DNA of 64,000 bases from Raillietiella orientalis. Taxonomy: Eukaryota. Below, piece by piece: positions 12,053 through 26,009 of this stretch. The notes under the pieces are model-generated. The model was not told the origin of the DNA. It was given only the letters and a program-made list of their open reading frames with translations, and searched no databases. Made by a program: the position numbers and the translations under genes. The DNA is taken from positions 1,984,001-2,048,000 of the forward strand of contig JAYWIR010000027.1 in the NCBI GenBank assembly GCA_036172245.1, in the 5' to 3' direction. Within the stretch, counting starts at the first letter, position 1, and every line of letters starts with the position of its first letter.

Positions 12053-14477
12053 GCTACCGCCCTTCGTACGGTGAGCAAGGGCGGCTGCGAGGCTGTCCTG
12101 AGAAGGAGGTGGCAGTGGTGGAGGAGGAGCGGGGCGGCGGCTGCGGAAGCGAGGAGCACCAGGTGGGCTTGGGCAGTCGGCGACACACTCGTGGCCGGCC
12201 GCCGGCGACGGCGACACGCAACGGGGAACACGACGTGTCTTTCGCCGTGGTCGTCTCGCGTGCCACACTCTCGTGATTGCCTACGCACCAGCGGACGGCG
12301 GCGAAGGCGGAAGAAACGTCACTCACAGCGGCACTGCGCGCGCTCGAGATGTGCGTCAAACGTGCAGCAAACCCGCCTTTGGTATGCCCTGACGCGGGGA
12401 GACGACGACAAAGCGGCGACCACCACCCCTGGATGCGGCATATCCAGCCGCTTCCCCTCCCCTCCTCCTCCTCCTCTTCCCGCCCCCCCTCCCTTTCCTT
12501 GAAAAGCGCCCACGCCGCTATCTGTCTCAGACCGCTTATCTCCTTTCGTCTCGACTCTTCCTCGCTGAAGTCGCGGATTCCTGGAGAAGCATCCGGACTG
12601 TGGAGGTGGCGCCCTGCCATCCCGGCTGGATGACGTGCCGTAGACCTCGTGTCGCTCCCGCTTCGTCCGAGTTCCTGTTTGATGCAGGAGATGGCAGACT
12701 ACGCTTATCTGTGCTCCCCAGGACTCTGAACAGCAGCTAAACGAGAAGTCAGCCTTCGTCTCCGTTTCGTTTCCAGGTGTTCCTTAGTGAATGGTGGTTG
12801 CCTGCAGTGCGCATCTCGACCGGGAGATGGTCGAGTCTCTGCTCACCCTCGGAGCACTGATGATGTGCAATTCCCGGACGTCGGACCGTGGGGGGGTTTT
12901 CCATTGCTATCCGTGATTCGAGAAGCACCGGGAACCCATCGGCATCCTGCCATCTTCCTGCGGGAACCCGTACTGCGAAATGGAAAAGGGGGAACGAAGT
13001 CGCCAAAGAGGGACAAACAAAAAAAGGATTTTTGAGAGCTTTTTTTTAAAAAAAAGGCCATCCATTTGAAGCAGTATCCGTAACTGTCAACTGCTGCAGC
13101 TGGCAATTTGGATATCTGAGACAGACTGCCCCATCGGTAGGCAGTGTCAACGTAAACTGTTCTCACAACGTTTCCTTCAAGGTGTGCAACATCCCCACTC
13201 GTTTTTCTTACTTTTCATACAAAAGAATGGTAATGAAACCGAACGGCTGAAAAATTCGATGCAAAAGCGACCATTCGCCTCTGTCCGTTTTACCTGTGAG
13301 AATGGCAACCCTTTTATAAAAATAATCCCTTTTTGGGGATGACAAAATCTTTTCATTCTTACCGGATTGTAGAATGTTCAAGTGCTTTTGTGACCATCGT
13401 TTGGGCTCTTCTTGAAAGTCACTTCACCGAGAAGCGTGCAGCCTACATTTGGGACGAGGGAAGCGCTGCCGCCGCCAAGCAGAGAAAGCAGGTGTCGTAC
13501 AGGGCTTCCCTAACAATGGTAGCGATGGCGACGAGTTGTTGGTTCGGCTTGTCGCCATAGTACTGTGATTTTTTCGAATCCGGGGCAGTGTTTTGCTGCT
13601 GGGGTTCGCACGGTTTGTTCGGCGCTCTTCCTCTGTCCACACCCGAACCGATTCTGCCTCCCATCCTCTCTGTCTCTACTTTCTGAGCCGCTGAGGTTCT
13701 GCTCCAGCGTGTAGAAAACTCCCAAGTTGTGTCGATCTCACCGGTCAATCTTTCATCTTCTGCCTTGTCTGGGAAGCAAAGCTACCGTTCCTTCAGCCCG
13801 ACCCGTTCCACTTCTGGGTCAAACTCCGCTTCCGCAGGTCCTTAATGAAAGGTGCATTTTTTCTTGCTTTCCGTTTTTGCATTGGGGAAGTAACTGGAGA
13901 GGGAAGAAGGGAGAATAAAATAATCAGAGTCGCTTGTACAGAGATTCGGTAGCAGGAGGAATCGCTCGTCCAATGGTGACCTCTAGTGATTACGCGACAA
14001 ATATCCTTTTCCCTTGCGTGGCACGTTCGGGTCTGAAAAGCGAATGAAACAGATCGTGGAGACGCTTGTGGAAGCCTCCCAGCTGGCGAGGACTCTGGCT
14101 CCCAATAGGGTCGTCGTTTCCTTGATGGTATTCGCGCTCGGACCGTAGTCAGCCAGAGGTCTCTTAGCAATGAGAAACGATCAATGGGTATTCCTTTCTT
14201 CCCGAATAGAAGCTACTCATCGTCTTTTTACCTCTTCATCGAAGTCGCTTTTGCACCTCTTTTCTCCAGGGTATACGTTCAACCTGGAAGTAGTGATGGG
14301 TCGTTTCAATGCAACGTGAAACCGCTGTTGGAGAAAGCGGAAGACAAGGAGGATAAGGCAGGAATGCGTCGAAAAGGAAGTTCATCCACTGACTGGTGTT
14401 GTGTGGTGTGAACCACATGTATTGACCAGAACCCATATCAAGAAAATATGAAAATCGCTGGACTCCACGAACTACGA

Positions 14478-15106
14478 GGGTGAGGCCTTGTGGTTAAGGC
14501 TTCTGCGCGTGGCACCATGCGTCGCGGGTTCGAATACTCCGGCAGAAACTGACGCCACTGCGTCGTTGGGTTCCGAGTTTCTTCTGCAATGGCGCTGGTT
14601 GGCCGATGACATTCGGGCGAGGCCCCTGATGAAGGCCGGAACAATGGGAGTCGACCTTCGGGTCCTTCCAGGAATCCAAGGAGTGGGAAGTTCCCCCTCC
14701 GGTCGTACAACGGAGAGCGGACCCCCTTAGCGGGGATGCCCTTCCGGTTTCAACATGGAGCAGGAGCCCTCGCTGGCACCTCTCCTAGTTGTTCGATGGA
14801 GCCGGATCCCCTTCAGCGGGGGTACCCTCCCAGTCGTCAACTCTTCACAGAGTGCACACGGGAGCAAGCGAGAGCGATTCCCTGCGGAAAGCTGCAGCGC
14901 CCCTTCTGAGTTTCGGAAGCGTCCCTTCGGAGTTCTCTTCAGAGGAGTGAACAGGAACGGTTCCCTCCGGAGAGAATGAGGAAGGAGACCACCAGGGTGG
15001 GAAGTGCGATCCCCCAAGGGATTCCCCTCCAAGCGTGAGAGGAACGGACTCCAAGCCCTTCCTGGATTCATATCGTAGCCCCTTCTGGGGTGCCCTATCC
15101 TGAAGA
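14478..15106 (+). mobile_element. tRNA-derived SINE, near full-length copy
   Basis: A-box-like aggccttgtggttaagg (14483) and B-box-like gcgggttcgaat (14524) at tRNA-like spacing. The body is the reverse complement of the 5543 and 55312 copies. Confidence 0.8.
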
Positions 15107-16372
15107 AAAGCATCGCCCCCTTGCCTCAGGCGGAGAGGCGTGGAAACTTCAAAAGGGCCACGTGCGCCGCGAGGCAGGCGACCGGCTCTTGAGGCTCACT
15201 TCACGAGGGGGAGCACGCGGGCGCAGCATCCGATGAAAGCTACCGTGCAGATCTCGGCCGTAGCACTGGATGCACTGCCATGGTGCGAAAATGTCCATAT
15301 CCCGAAGCTCATGTCTAGCGCAGGACCAGTACGGGAACGAAACAGTATTTTTCCGTATGGAGGGACGATCCGCGACGTTTCCACAGCCCGAACTAACTTT
15401 CGAAAGAAGGACCAAGCCTCGGGCCATTACCACTTTGGGACTCTGGATCTTGCCGGAGCTGGCAAACGCAGCTCCCGCTTGGGGGCGTTGCATCGGACCC
15501 AGTAGAACGGACCGCACGGGGTTTGCATCAAGACCCTTGTCTTCGAACTCTTACCTCGAAATTTTTCAGCTACTACTATAGTTACTCATTGACGCCGTTA
15601 ATCATATCTGAAGTTCGCTGAATGCATCCTTTCCGCGTACGTCATTCCCAAGAAACACCCAAGTTGACGTCTTGAAAGTCACGTAACGAAGAGAGCATTT
15701 TAATTCTTGTTTCTGTGGGAACAACTGGGATTCATTTGGTTCCATCGACTTCGGTAACCTGCTCCCTGCGTCACTGTAGTCGCCTCTGTCCGACGTGGAG
15801 ACATTTCAAGTTTCTGAAGTGCAATCGCCAGTAAACGGAATTTGGTGTGCTTCGCTCAAAATACGTCGACCAAGGACACGACTAGAGCACCACGTACTAG
15901 GGAACCGCCCTCAGTCATGAGGTGTCTGTTTCTTGTGACATGGAGCGTTCCTGCCTTGTGAACTTTTAAGATTCGTGATCACCTCGGTACCAAAATCAAT
16001 TCCCAATATGACACTGAAATCTAGAACGTCATAAAACGGTGGCCTCGTACCGTACGGCAAGGTGAGTTCGCTTGGCACGCCTTTTCCCTGCCAATTTCCG
16101 GACTAATCTTACTAACCAGCTTACACGATCAGCATTCTCATTTTGTTGCAGAGATGCCCTGACAATGGAAACGCTCATCTTCAGGTCCAGTTGGAACTGA
16201 GATTGGTTCAACTACATGGTGTCACTGTCACTAGGGTGACATGTACACTGATCATAAAATGTCAAAATCAGATTGTAGGAATAGAACATCCAATTCCAAT
16301 GTAAAATGTGCTCAAAATGTATTTGGTGCATGAAAAACAACTGGCACTCCTTCAATATTTCATTTTTTAATT

Positions 16373-19300
16373 TTAAATGGCATCATCACGGACAGGCTGG
16401 TGCTGAATCATCAACCTCGAAGCCTGATCCGCGACATCAGCAGATCCAGAGCACAGTACTCGGCATGCCATCAGATCAAATGGTTCGCCTGAAAGGACAA
16501 CATTGAAAAAAACGTGAAAAGATCACTTTCATTTGGAATAGTATACTATGCAATCACTTCAATCACAGTCCATTCCAACAAAACAGAACGTTCTGCATTT
16601 GGACAACAACTTCACTATACAAATCGCCATCAATGCTTCGCGCAAGAATCACCAGTGGTATCCACGACAATTCCTCCAGCTTCACGAACAAGCAGGTCCC
16701 CTGCAGCCATATCCCAGCAGTGTATGCCAAACTCGAAGTACAGCTGAACGCTACCACATGCCACCAACGCCATGTTCAGTGCTGCAGACCCCAAGCTTCG
16801 AACTCTGAAAGCAAAAGTCCATTTTACAAGACAATAAAACAGCAGCAGCATTTCGATAAGCCGCAAGCTGACTCGATTGCGGAAAAGTTCCTAACCCTCG
16901 TTAGCTTCTACATGATCTTGTGAACTTCCAATTATTCCAAATTTTATACAAATTCGTATTCGGCCGCATGCGGTTTGATTTTTATTTTTAAATCAAACCA
17001 TACATTCAGACTTCACGATATGATTTTAATTTTAAAGTCACTGGTCAGTTTTCGCTCTGGGCAACTCCCACTTCAAGTGAAAATGTAAACGCCTTCTTAC
17101 ACTTGTTGACTAGATGCGTCAGCATTGACTTTCTGTGTTTGGCATCTTTTTCTGTTACTAGAAATTTCAATATCCCTCACTCCAACTTTCAATTTCATTA
17201 CATAGCCTCTGTACTTGGTTGGCATGCTAGCATGTGCTATGCAATGTGTGACACAACATTGCATAAATGATGGCATTCCCAAGTGTAGATGGAGCATTAC
17301 AATAAGTACGGCACTTTCATTGGGCATTGCACCTCCAAAACAATTTACCAAGAAACTGTCAAGTCCAACAGAGTAAACGGGTTACGACACTTTGCTTTTT
17401 TTTTTAGAATAGCACTGGTTCAACAAAGATCCCTAAACATGAACTGTAATGACTACAGTTCATGTGTCTAGACACAATTTCACTCCAACAGACCAAACAC
17501 ATCAATATAACTGAAGGATGAGACATTTTCCTTGTCCAGAACCTTTTTGTACTTGGGTAACTTGAAAAATACTCTACGTAAGCACTCTAAGAATTGTTCT
17601 AGTAGTTGCCTTTAAAATAATGTATTATGTGAGTGATGGAACAATTCTTAATAAAATCACCCTGTTGCTTAAAACTGGTGATTGAAGACGCAATTTACAA
17701 AATAGCATTAAAAATGCTGACCTTACTCATGAACTCTGCAAAGATTTTCATGGTTTTGAACATTAACGACCTAACTTCTTTGATAAGAATAAATACACAT
17801 GAATCAGTTCTCTCAGTTTTAGGTAATGTAGGCTACTGCACAACCAACACGGATGCACAAAATCAATGCATTTTCATTTAAGGAAGTGGAAAAACACACA
17901 CACACACACACAGCTGTGCAAGCTCATCCAAATTTGAAGACGTGAATTATATTTTTCTCATCTTGGCAGGTAAATCATGGTGTTAAAGTAACAATAAATT
18001 TTAGGAAAATCATTGTTTTTCTAATTGTTTCTTCTTATACTGCTTTGGAGACAGCAACTAATAAATACCATGGTTTAATAATTTAAATGCTGAATGCACA
18101 GTTCAATGATTGGAAAGTTCCCTTTAAAAAATCAAGCACTGTAGGATTCATATGAATATTTCCCTCTAAATCAGTAATTCTACTCTTAACGGACCTTTTA
18201 TACCTGCTGAATTAATGTGACGGAACAACACACTCCTACAATATTGCTTTATAATAACCATGTCCTCTAAATCTAAATTTACACATGCAGTTTTTGTAAT
18301 ACATTCTGAATAGGCATTGCTCATGGTCATGAAACCTTGAGTAAAAACTGATTGGAAACTAATTGGACTAACATGAAGTGTCCTTGAATGACCTGCGAGA
18401 TGTCTGATAATGTGGCAGTACCAATGAATAAGACTTTGTTATCCAACAAGTTTGCAAAGCAACAATATGGAAGTCGGTAATTACAGACAAACAATTACAA
18501 AAACGATACAATTCGAATACATTGAATTAGCATAGAAGATTACAAGTATTCTACTCTTGGAAAACTAGAAAACAAATCATCAGAAAATTAAAGATTAAAT
18601 CAATGACTACTGAATCATGTTGCATTTCTCTTAACAGAGAGACATCTGCAACATTTTTCTTTCATCAAAACATTCTTAATTAATAAAAAATGAGTGCATT
18701 AATAACATTTCCATAAAAGAGAAAATAACCTTAATGAGTGAACAGGTATTAGAGAACTTCTTCAGCTGCACATTCACCAAGAATGGAATTGATAAAAATC
18801 TGATTAACACATTTCACGAACACATCTGAATAACTGAAATACAAAAGTCCAAATACTAAAGAATACATGGTTCCATTTCAAGCATTTGGCTTTCTCTATT
18901 AGGACTCTCAATGTTATAACAAAGCCTCTAAGCTTAACACATTTTAATGAGCTTTCTCCATTCCAGTTTCAATTCTCCACTTAACAACAAATTCACTCAA
19001 CTTTCATCTTTCAAACTCATTATATTCATGCTAATTAGACTATTTTAATTAGCATGGAATTTCTGTAATTTAGAAAAATACACATATGGTTTCACATTGC
19101 TTTGTGTACTGAAAATGATGGGACCATAAATCCATGTGAGCAAACATTCCTTTGCATCTATAAATATACTGAAGATTCTTGCATGCACATGTGCATTCCT
19201 ATTAGTCCAATGGGTATCACATAAATTTCTACATTTAAATTCACTAAGTGAAGCAATAAATCTGATTTGTCAACCAGAAAACAAAACACAAGGGTGACAA

Positions 19301-20911
19301 TTACAGCTTACAATGAATGTGCATTTTTCCTCATTTTGTAACATTGTGACTTCAATTTAATGTCCTAGCATGCACTAGTCAAAGATTCTCTTTTGATAAA
19401 TATTAAAAAAACGACAATTTGTAATGGATTTCGGAAACTGACATAATAAAAGGAATAAGGCATTTTAACTTTTGGATTACTTACCCTCTTACATTTGGAA
19501 TCACAGCTCTTATATTTTCTTGTATACATTTCATTTTATCCACATTTTTGCTCGTCCCCAATTCAAATATCAGCAAAGATTCCTTTAAATCTTCATGATT
19601 AATCATACAAAAAATAAACATAATAGTTCACTTTAAATGTACATGTTAATGCTTTCGAGATGATAATTTGAAATGTTGCAAACACTAGTAGTGAATTTGC
19701 ATTACAAGCAACCACATTTCCAATTAGCTTGGTATAACAGGTATGTACATTTAGACATACTACTAACATACAAGTAACCAGTTAATCTAAGATTGTCTTA
19801 ACAAGATTAGCAAACAAATTTAAAAATACATTTACCCTTTATTTTCGAAACTTGAATTTGTTTACCATTGAGATAAGCACCTTTACCACATTGAGCAGTA
19901 AACATTTGTTTCAGAATAGGGTTGTATATTATTGCAGCCTGAGTCACTTTCTTATATATCAAAGCTACAGAAATGGCTACAAAAGGAAACTTGTGAACAA
20001 AATTCATTGTTCCATCAACTGGATCAATTATCCATGTTGGATCTTCAGTTAGAATACACTTTTCCCCAGCTGCTACTGACTCCTCAGCAATAAACCTACA
20101 CAACACACTCACTTTATGAAAATGAAAACAAAATACCACTTTCCATCAAAGATTTATAATACAACAGCACTGATTATACAACAACTCTTTGATATCGTTG
20201 TTTTTATTGTTGGTTTGTATAGAAAAGCTTCCACATAAATGATGCAATAGGTTTACAACGACTGGGGTATCTTTATGTGAAATAGTGATCTATTTACATA
20301 CTCATAAACATTTACATGGCTTAACAAGTATTTTGCATCAGAAGTAAAAACAAAGTGATATGATTCTAATTTATGCTAATGGCTAATAAGCACTCTAAAA
20401 TATCCAATGTTGTAAAAAAAATAAATCCCATTCTCAACAGATATGAACGATGTCAACATAGAAGGGCGGGTTTCCATACAAAATTTCCTATTAAGTATTA
20501 CTATAATGAAGTACAGTAGTAATTATCATATCGAGTCAAAACAAATGCTAATATGAAAATGCAGTATTTGAAATACAATAGTTTCAAACTCACTTGTGGG
20601 TAGGGAACTTTTTCTTTAATCCTCCAATCAGAAATTTTTCTACCTCTTTATCAGTTTCTGTTACCAAATCTGAAGGACTAGACTTCATTTCAAAAAGCTT
20701 TTCTTTGTGGAAGGTTTCGTTAATAACCTAAAACATACCTTATTTGTTAGGAACAAGGGCATTTAATTCGGCAAATTGGCCATTTACTGAATTGACCCTA
20801 ACTTCCATATTACACTATTTACAATATCATTATGGATTTGCAAATATGAAAACGTACCTTTCCTGCTTGTTCTACAAGATGTAAAGCTTCCTCAAAACAA
20901 TTTTCTTCCAT
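16373..20911 (-). CDS. IMPA: Inositol monophosphatase (IMPA1/2-like), complete, 273 aa
   Basis: Six phase-consistent exons: 20858-20911 ([10 protein letters not shown]...), 20594-20727 ([12 protein letters not shown]), 19836-20095 (FIAEES...[14 protein letters not shown]), 19485-19590, 16653-16804 ([10 protein letters not shown]...HCWDMAAG), 16373-16488 (...PVRDDAI*). Total 822 nt. Both IMPase signatures (DPxDGT, WDxAAG) are present. Confidence 0.97.
17893..17912. repeat. (CA)n microsatellite in IMPase intron 4
   Basis: aacacacacacacacacaca seen directly. Confidence 0.9.
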
Positions 20912-23519
20912 GACTCAACAACAATGTAGAATTCACAATGTCTTGTTTATATAAAGTTGTCAGTTCTACAGACTTGTGTAAAACTTATCAAGTTCCATAA
21001 CGATGGCGTCTACGAAAAGAAAAAAAAATGTCTAAACCATAGTTTATTCATCAGCATCCCAATAAAAAGTGCTTTATGACCTAAAAGGTAATTTTTCAAG
21101 TTTCTTAAGTCTGACTTTTAATCCGATAAGGTTCCAGCTCTTAATAAACGACACCATGCTGATATACACAAGCAAAATCAAAGCATGTAGCTTAAATTGG
21201 TGTCTTTTTTCACAAGTGCATCGTGCTGTATCGTGTAGATCCATAAACCACTTTACAAATTCAATTGTCAGCATTCCTGTTACTGATATAAGCAAACAGA
21301 AATGCTACGGCAAAATGCTACGCTGATTGTTTCATCCTGTGAAAAGGCAATGCCTAATTGCAGATGTTCGGACTCTAGCAGGAGGAACCCCACTACTCTT
21401 CTGCTGCGCTGCTGGTACTCCGAACGCTTAATGCTTTCAGCCCCACAAGTTGAAATTTTTTCCTTCAGTTTTGAAAATTATCATTCCTTTCAATTTGGAA
21501 AGTTTTCCTCCTGTTTCCTAATTGCTATCCCTCTTACATTTTGCCTTGTTTCGAATGGCACCGACAACCTCAACAAAATTGACCAACTTTAAACTTCATT
21601 TTACGTTCCTATGGATAACCTCAAGCTTACCACATTTACCTACAGTAAAGATGCAACCGAGCAAAGGACAGCAGCCAAGCTGTACAAAAATCAGTCCTAT
21701 AATTTTGGAAATACTTTGGTGATACGCTGAAAACTCAAATAAAATAAACATATATTTCATTCCGTATAATGAAAATTAATTTGTAATCGAAATCAGCTTT
21801 AGTATTATATAAAGAACCATTTTCAAATCATTATTGTGACTAAGGAAATATTTATAAGTCGCGGCACAATTTTTGTTAAGTTCTGACGAAATTACACTCA
21901 CAAATCTTGATTCAAGAAAGTGAATTTTTTTTTATTTTGGTTTCGACTGTCCATATTCCTAGTAGTGTTCTAGAGTACTTTGGAGGTGTTGAAAAAAAAG
22001 CAATCTCAAACTAATCTTACACCTCTACGCAAAACATGAAAGAATCTACCAAAAGTTTCCCAAAATACTAACCACATGTTTAATTAAATCTACAAGTTTA
22101 CTCTATATAAACTACTTGATTAACTACAAGTAGTTGCATTATGATATGCAGGGAATATTGATGCACTTATCCGTTTCTGATTGCTTACGGCATGTTGGAT
22201 AACTAGACAAAAAAAATCCGATCACACTGAGATGGTAAGTGACAAAGTATACTACCTTGAAGAAATTTCTCAAGATCTTAAAATTCCTCTTAAATACTAT
22301 GTAGAAGGAAAGAAGCACGTACTCCTCATAACAATACCCACACGCAACTTTCACCGAGGCAAACTAAAAAACATCTGAACCCAGAAATGTTTGAAAAAAC
22401 ATCAAAAATTGGTCTATCTTTTTACAAACTTTTCGAATTAAATCTGCAAATATTGAAAGTAAACCACGGAATCTAATCGTATTTTTGTGGAGAACAAGTC
22501 TACATTACGAGTTGAAACTTAGTGTTACGGATGAAACACACAAACGTATATGGATTTATCCAGCTCCGTGAAAAAGAAAACATTTTTGTACCAAGCGTAG
22601 ATTGCAAAGGTTTTTAAAATGGAATAATCATCTTCTAGAAACTTAAGCCTTTGTTTCATTTTTCATAGTTACAATCGGTAGTCGCAATCAATTTATTAGT
22701 TAAAATCAATGCACTCTGAAGGCTCCTTGACACTTCTCTGAGAACAAATACCTAATTATGAAGTCAGAACTAAATCGTTTTTCATTTTACACCTTTCTTG
22801 ACTGATTTGCAAGGGCGGTTTTAATCACACAAGAACATAATAAACTTTATGGTAATAATGTCCCACTTCATTCCAATAATGCACTTTTAAAAATCATTTA
22901 TGCAAAAATTTCTGCTTTTACAGCCTCAAGAATTTAAAAGTGTTGCTGAGAAAGAGTGAAGACGTGAAACAAACAAGCAACCTCGACTTCAGAGTTCTCG
23001 ACGATAAACTGTGAATTGAGTTTAGGCTATTTCCAATGAAGCAGAGATGTCTTATGAATATGATATAGGAAGAAATATAAATTTTATCAAGAAACCTGGA
23101 AAACATTCAAACTTGAATTCACCACATCCGGCATCGTGCTCAACGGATAGAAGATGTATCTTCGGAATATGTGGTTCTCATATATCGAGAGGAGCATCTT
23201 CGAATGGGAAGGGCACCAGCAGTTGATACAGTCTGCAGTAGACGGACCAGTACTGCTGCGAATACATGATAGATGGGAACATTACCTTTTACTACAATTC
23301 GATTCCCCTTGCCTTGTTCTGGCTGACCATCTATCGACCAAACTTGGGCATGCATTACAATGCTAAGAAGCAGACACTGAATGGAGAAATTTGACACAGG
23401 ACCAGGTGAAGTGATGAGCCTGCAGCATCTGATGGCGAGCAGCATTTGCAAAGCTTCCACACTGGATGGGGTTCCATCCGTTGTTCCCTGCAATTCCTCC
23501 CTACAGCCTGCAGCCGAAG

Positions 23520-24235
23520 ATAGAATTATAGGGTAAGAGGATCCCTAGGCAAAGTGAATTCGCTTCACGTAGTGCAAATGAGGAAGCTACGTAGGGAGCT
23601 GTAGACGCAGTCTAACACCTGGTTGATTGCGAAATCTGGCGAGCCATCCCCGAATGGCAATCTGCTTGCTCCTGCAAAAGAATATGAAGACGAAGCTCTC
23701 TGTTCTGGATTCATTAACAGGCGGAGTTCGAGATTGCCGTATTCGGTCCCAGCGAAGATCTCGGAAAGGATCACTAAGAAACATGCTGACTCTTTCCTCA
23801 GTCTCCCTTTCCGACATCTGGAATGCTTCCCCGAAGGGAGCAGCACGCTTCTTGCACACTGGAGAGGTGGTCATCAATCCACCAGCTCCATGGTACGAGA
23901 GGGAGGTTACCCTCCGAAGGGAAGCATAGCTCCCTTTTCGAAACAAGAGGGGAACAGCTCCGAAGGATTCCTTGATGTCCTGGAAAGACCCCGGAGGGTA
24001 GACTCCCAATCCCGGACATTCATCAGAGGCATCCGGTTTTGTCCTCTACCGATGCCGCAACCGATCAGAAGCCAACCAGCGTCATCGTGCAGGAGGAACC
24101 TCCCTCTCGTACCATGGATGCAGAGGACCCATGGCGCACCCATTTCTCTGGAGTCGATCCTTCCTCAGGAGGGATTCGAACCCGCGACTCGCGGAGACCG
24201 CGCCCACGCGGCCTCCGAAAGCGGGGTTTCTGGCC
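23520..24235 (-). mobile_element. tRNA-derived SINE, diverged copy
   Basis: Perfect B-box on minus (cgcgggttcgaatccc, about 24171-24186). Body motifs ggagaggtggtcatcaatccaccagctccatggtacga and gactcccaatcccgg...catccggttt. Confidence 0.75.
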
Positions 24236-24399
24236 AGCCAGCCCAATGTGAAGCAATGGACAGCATGCCGGAGGGATTCGCGCCAAGCTATGCGTTTCTG
24301 CAGAAGCTATCTGCACCGCTGCAAACGCGCGTAGCTGCCGCAGGCAGACAGTTGCAAGCGTGCACGGGACAATAGTCCGCGATCCGCGTGTCGTGGCCG

Positions 24400-25972
24400 C
24401 GGGAAGAGGAGCTCCCGGAAGCGCGTTGCTGACCAACACAGGACATTGCCCTACCCTGGTCAGGGTTTTTCCAATCAGAGAATTCCGTGCTTCTGTGCGC
24501 TGGAGTCAGCTGTACGTTTTCTTCTCACGTGCCCATCGGTAGTCGGGTGACCGGTGGGCATCCTGCGGGCTGTCCGTTATCGAAGATCCAAGTCACCTGT
24601 AGACGGCTGGACATCCAACAGCCGTCGGCGACGGAGCAGTTGGCTCTCACGGGAGGATTAGGCAGAACCAAGGAACCTCTCGTCTGGTTGGCGTTTCCTC
24701 TCCCAGGGATTCAGGACCGACTGGACCACCTCAGAGGCCGTTCGCCTGGAGCCCTCCTCCATATAGGACTTCCAAAATCTCACTGCGGCATCGGCTGCCG
24801 CCAACGAGGGATCTGCGCCGATGACAGCTCCAGACCCTTTTGCGCGCTCCGTCGCGACCCTCCTCGTCTCAACCTGCCGTCTTCCAGGTGGCGCGGAGGG
24901 TTCGGCGCTCAAAGCGCCACCCATCTTGAGGTGCGGTTGTTTCGGTAGGGGAGTCACTGACGACACCGCCTTAGCAGAGTCCGATTTCTGTTGCCACCTC
25001 TCACCTCGCCAGAAGGGCAGCTGCCCTTTGCGCCTTTTAAGAAGGGCAGTTTGGGTTCGAGAGGGGTGAAAGAAGCCCACAGCATCCCGCGAAGGCTGGC
25101 CACAGCAAGAAGAAAGTCCTGCGCGCTTGGACATTTCGGCAGCTAGCGGCCTCTGCGACCCCAAATGTCGTGCTAAAAGGACTTCTGCGCTGGGGCTAGC
25201 TGCTCGCGTTACCTTCGGAGGAGATGAAATGACCCAGAGCATGCTGGAACACTGAAGTTCTCAGGAGGAATTCAACTGGAGGAACTTGGCGCTGCTGGGT
25301 TCGCATTGGGGAATCCCGTGCAAGGTGTGTCTTCATCATTGGACGCGGGGAGAGGGTGGGTGCTGAGTGGAACAATTGCAGAAAGAAGGAGACCCGCACG
25401 CACCTGCTGTTGACTGTGTTGTCCTCCGAATCCTTCGAGATCGCCGCGCGACGATCCTAGGCATCACGGTGGGCGACCCCAGGGACATTTTCAAACGCCT
25501 CTTCGCGGGTGCCGCACTGCTGCCATCCGCGTGCGTCCCTCGCAGTTCTCTGCCGTCTTCGCAGGATGGCAGTGGCCTGGAACGCGGAAAGAGGCTGAAA
25601 TGGAAGGGACGCCATCCACTGGGCGCGAATCTTCCTCAGGACCGCCTCGAGATGGCTCCATCTGGGCGACATACGGACGGAACTTGTCAGCATCCTGAAC
25701 AGGATGCAGAGGACGCCTGGCAGCGTACTGCGATCCCTTCCCTCACTTCCCCTCCCCGTGTAAGAATCCCGTTTTCTGTTTTAGTTTGTTTATTTGTTTT
25801 GTTTTTGTGTATTCTTCCTCCACTCTTCTGAAGCTGCCATGCTACCAGACCTCTACGATCTGCTTACCGCCCTTCGGTAGGTTTCTTGCGCTTGGCAGAA
25901 CCAAGGGTTCTAACACACCAATTTATTTTCATTACTTTACGTAACAAATGTCCCGGCATAACCAGGTGATAA
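24400..25972 (+). mobile_element. 5'-truncated, decayed L1/Tx1-like LINE (ORF2 C-terminus and 3' UTR)
   Basis: GGLG motif (about 24650), zinc-knuckle remnant NNCRKKETRTHLL(x)DC (about 25370), C-terminal AIHWARIFLRTASRWLHLGDIRTELVSIL, T-rich UTR, family terminus aaatgtcccggcataaccaggtgataa. The 5' boundary is approximate. Confidence 0.65.
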
Positions 25973-26009
25973 TCATCAATAGTAACGATAGCAACGATCT
26001 TCCCGTGAG

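Noticed and set aside
14478..14550. Possible tRNA gene
   Set aside because: It has A/B-box-like motifs but no convincing acceptor or anticodon stems, and it is always attached to the same repeat body, so it is a SINE head.
19026..19056. Small hairpins in AT-rich DNA (catgctaatta/taattagcatg; also about 22110-22135 and 61463-61482)
   Set aside because: Stems of 9-11 bp, single copy and plausible by chance; no evidence for a MITE or miRNA.
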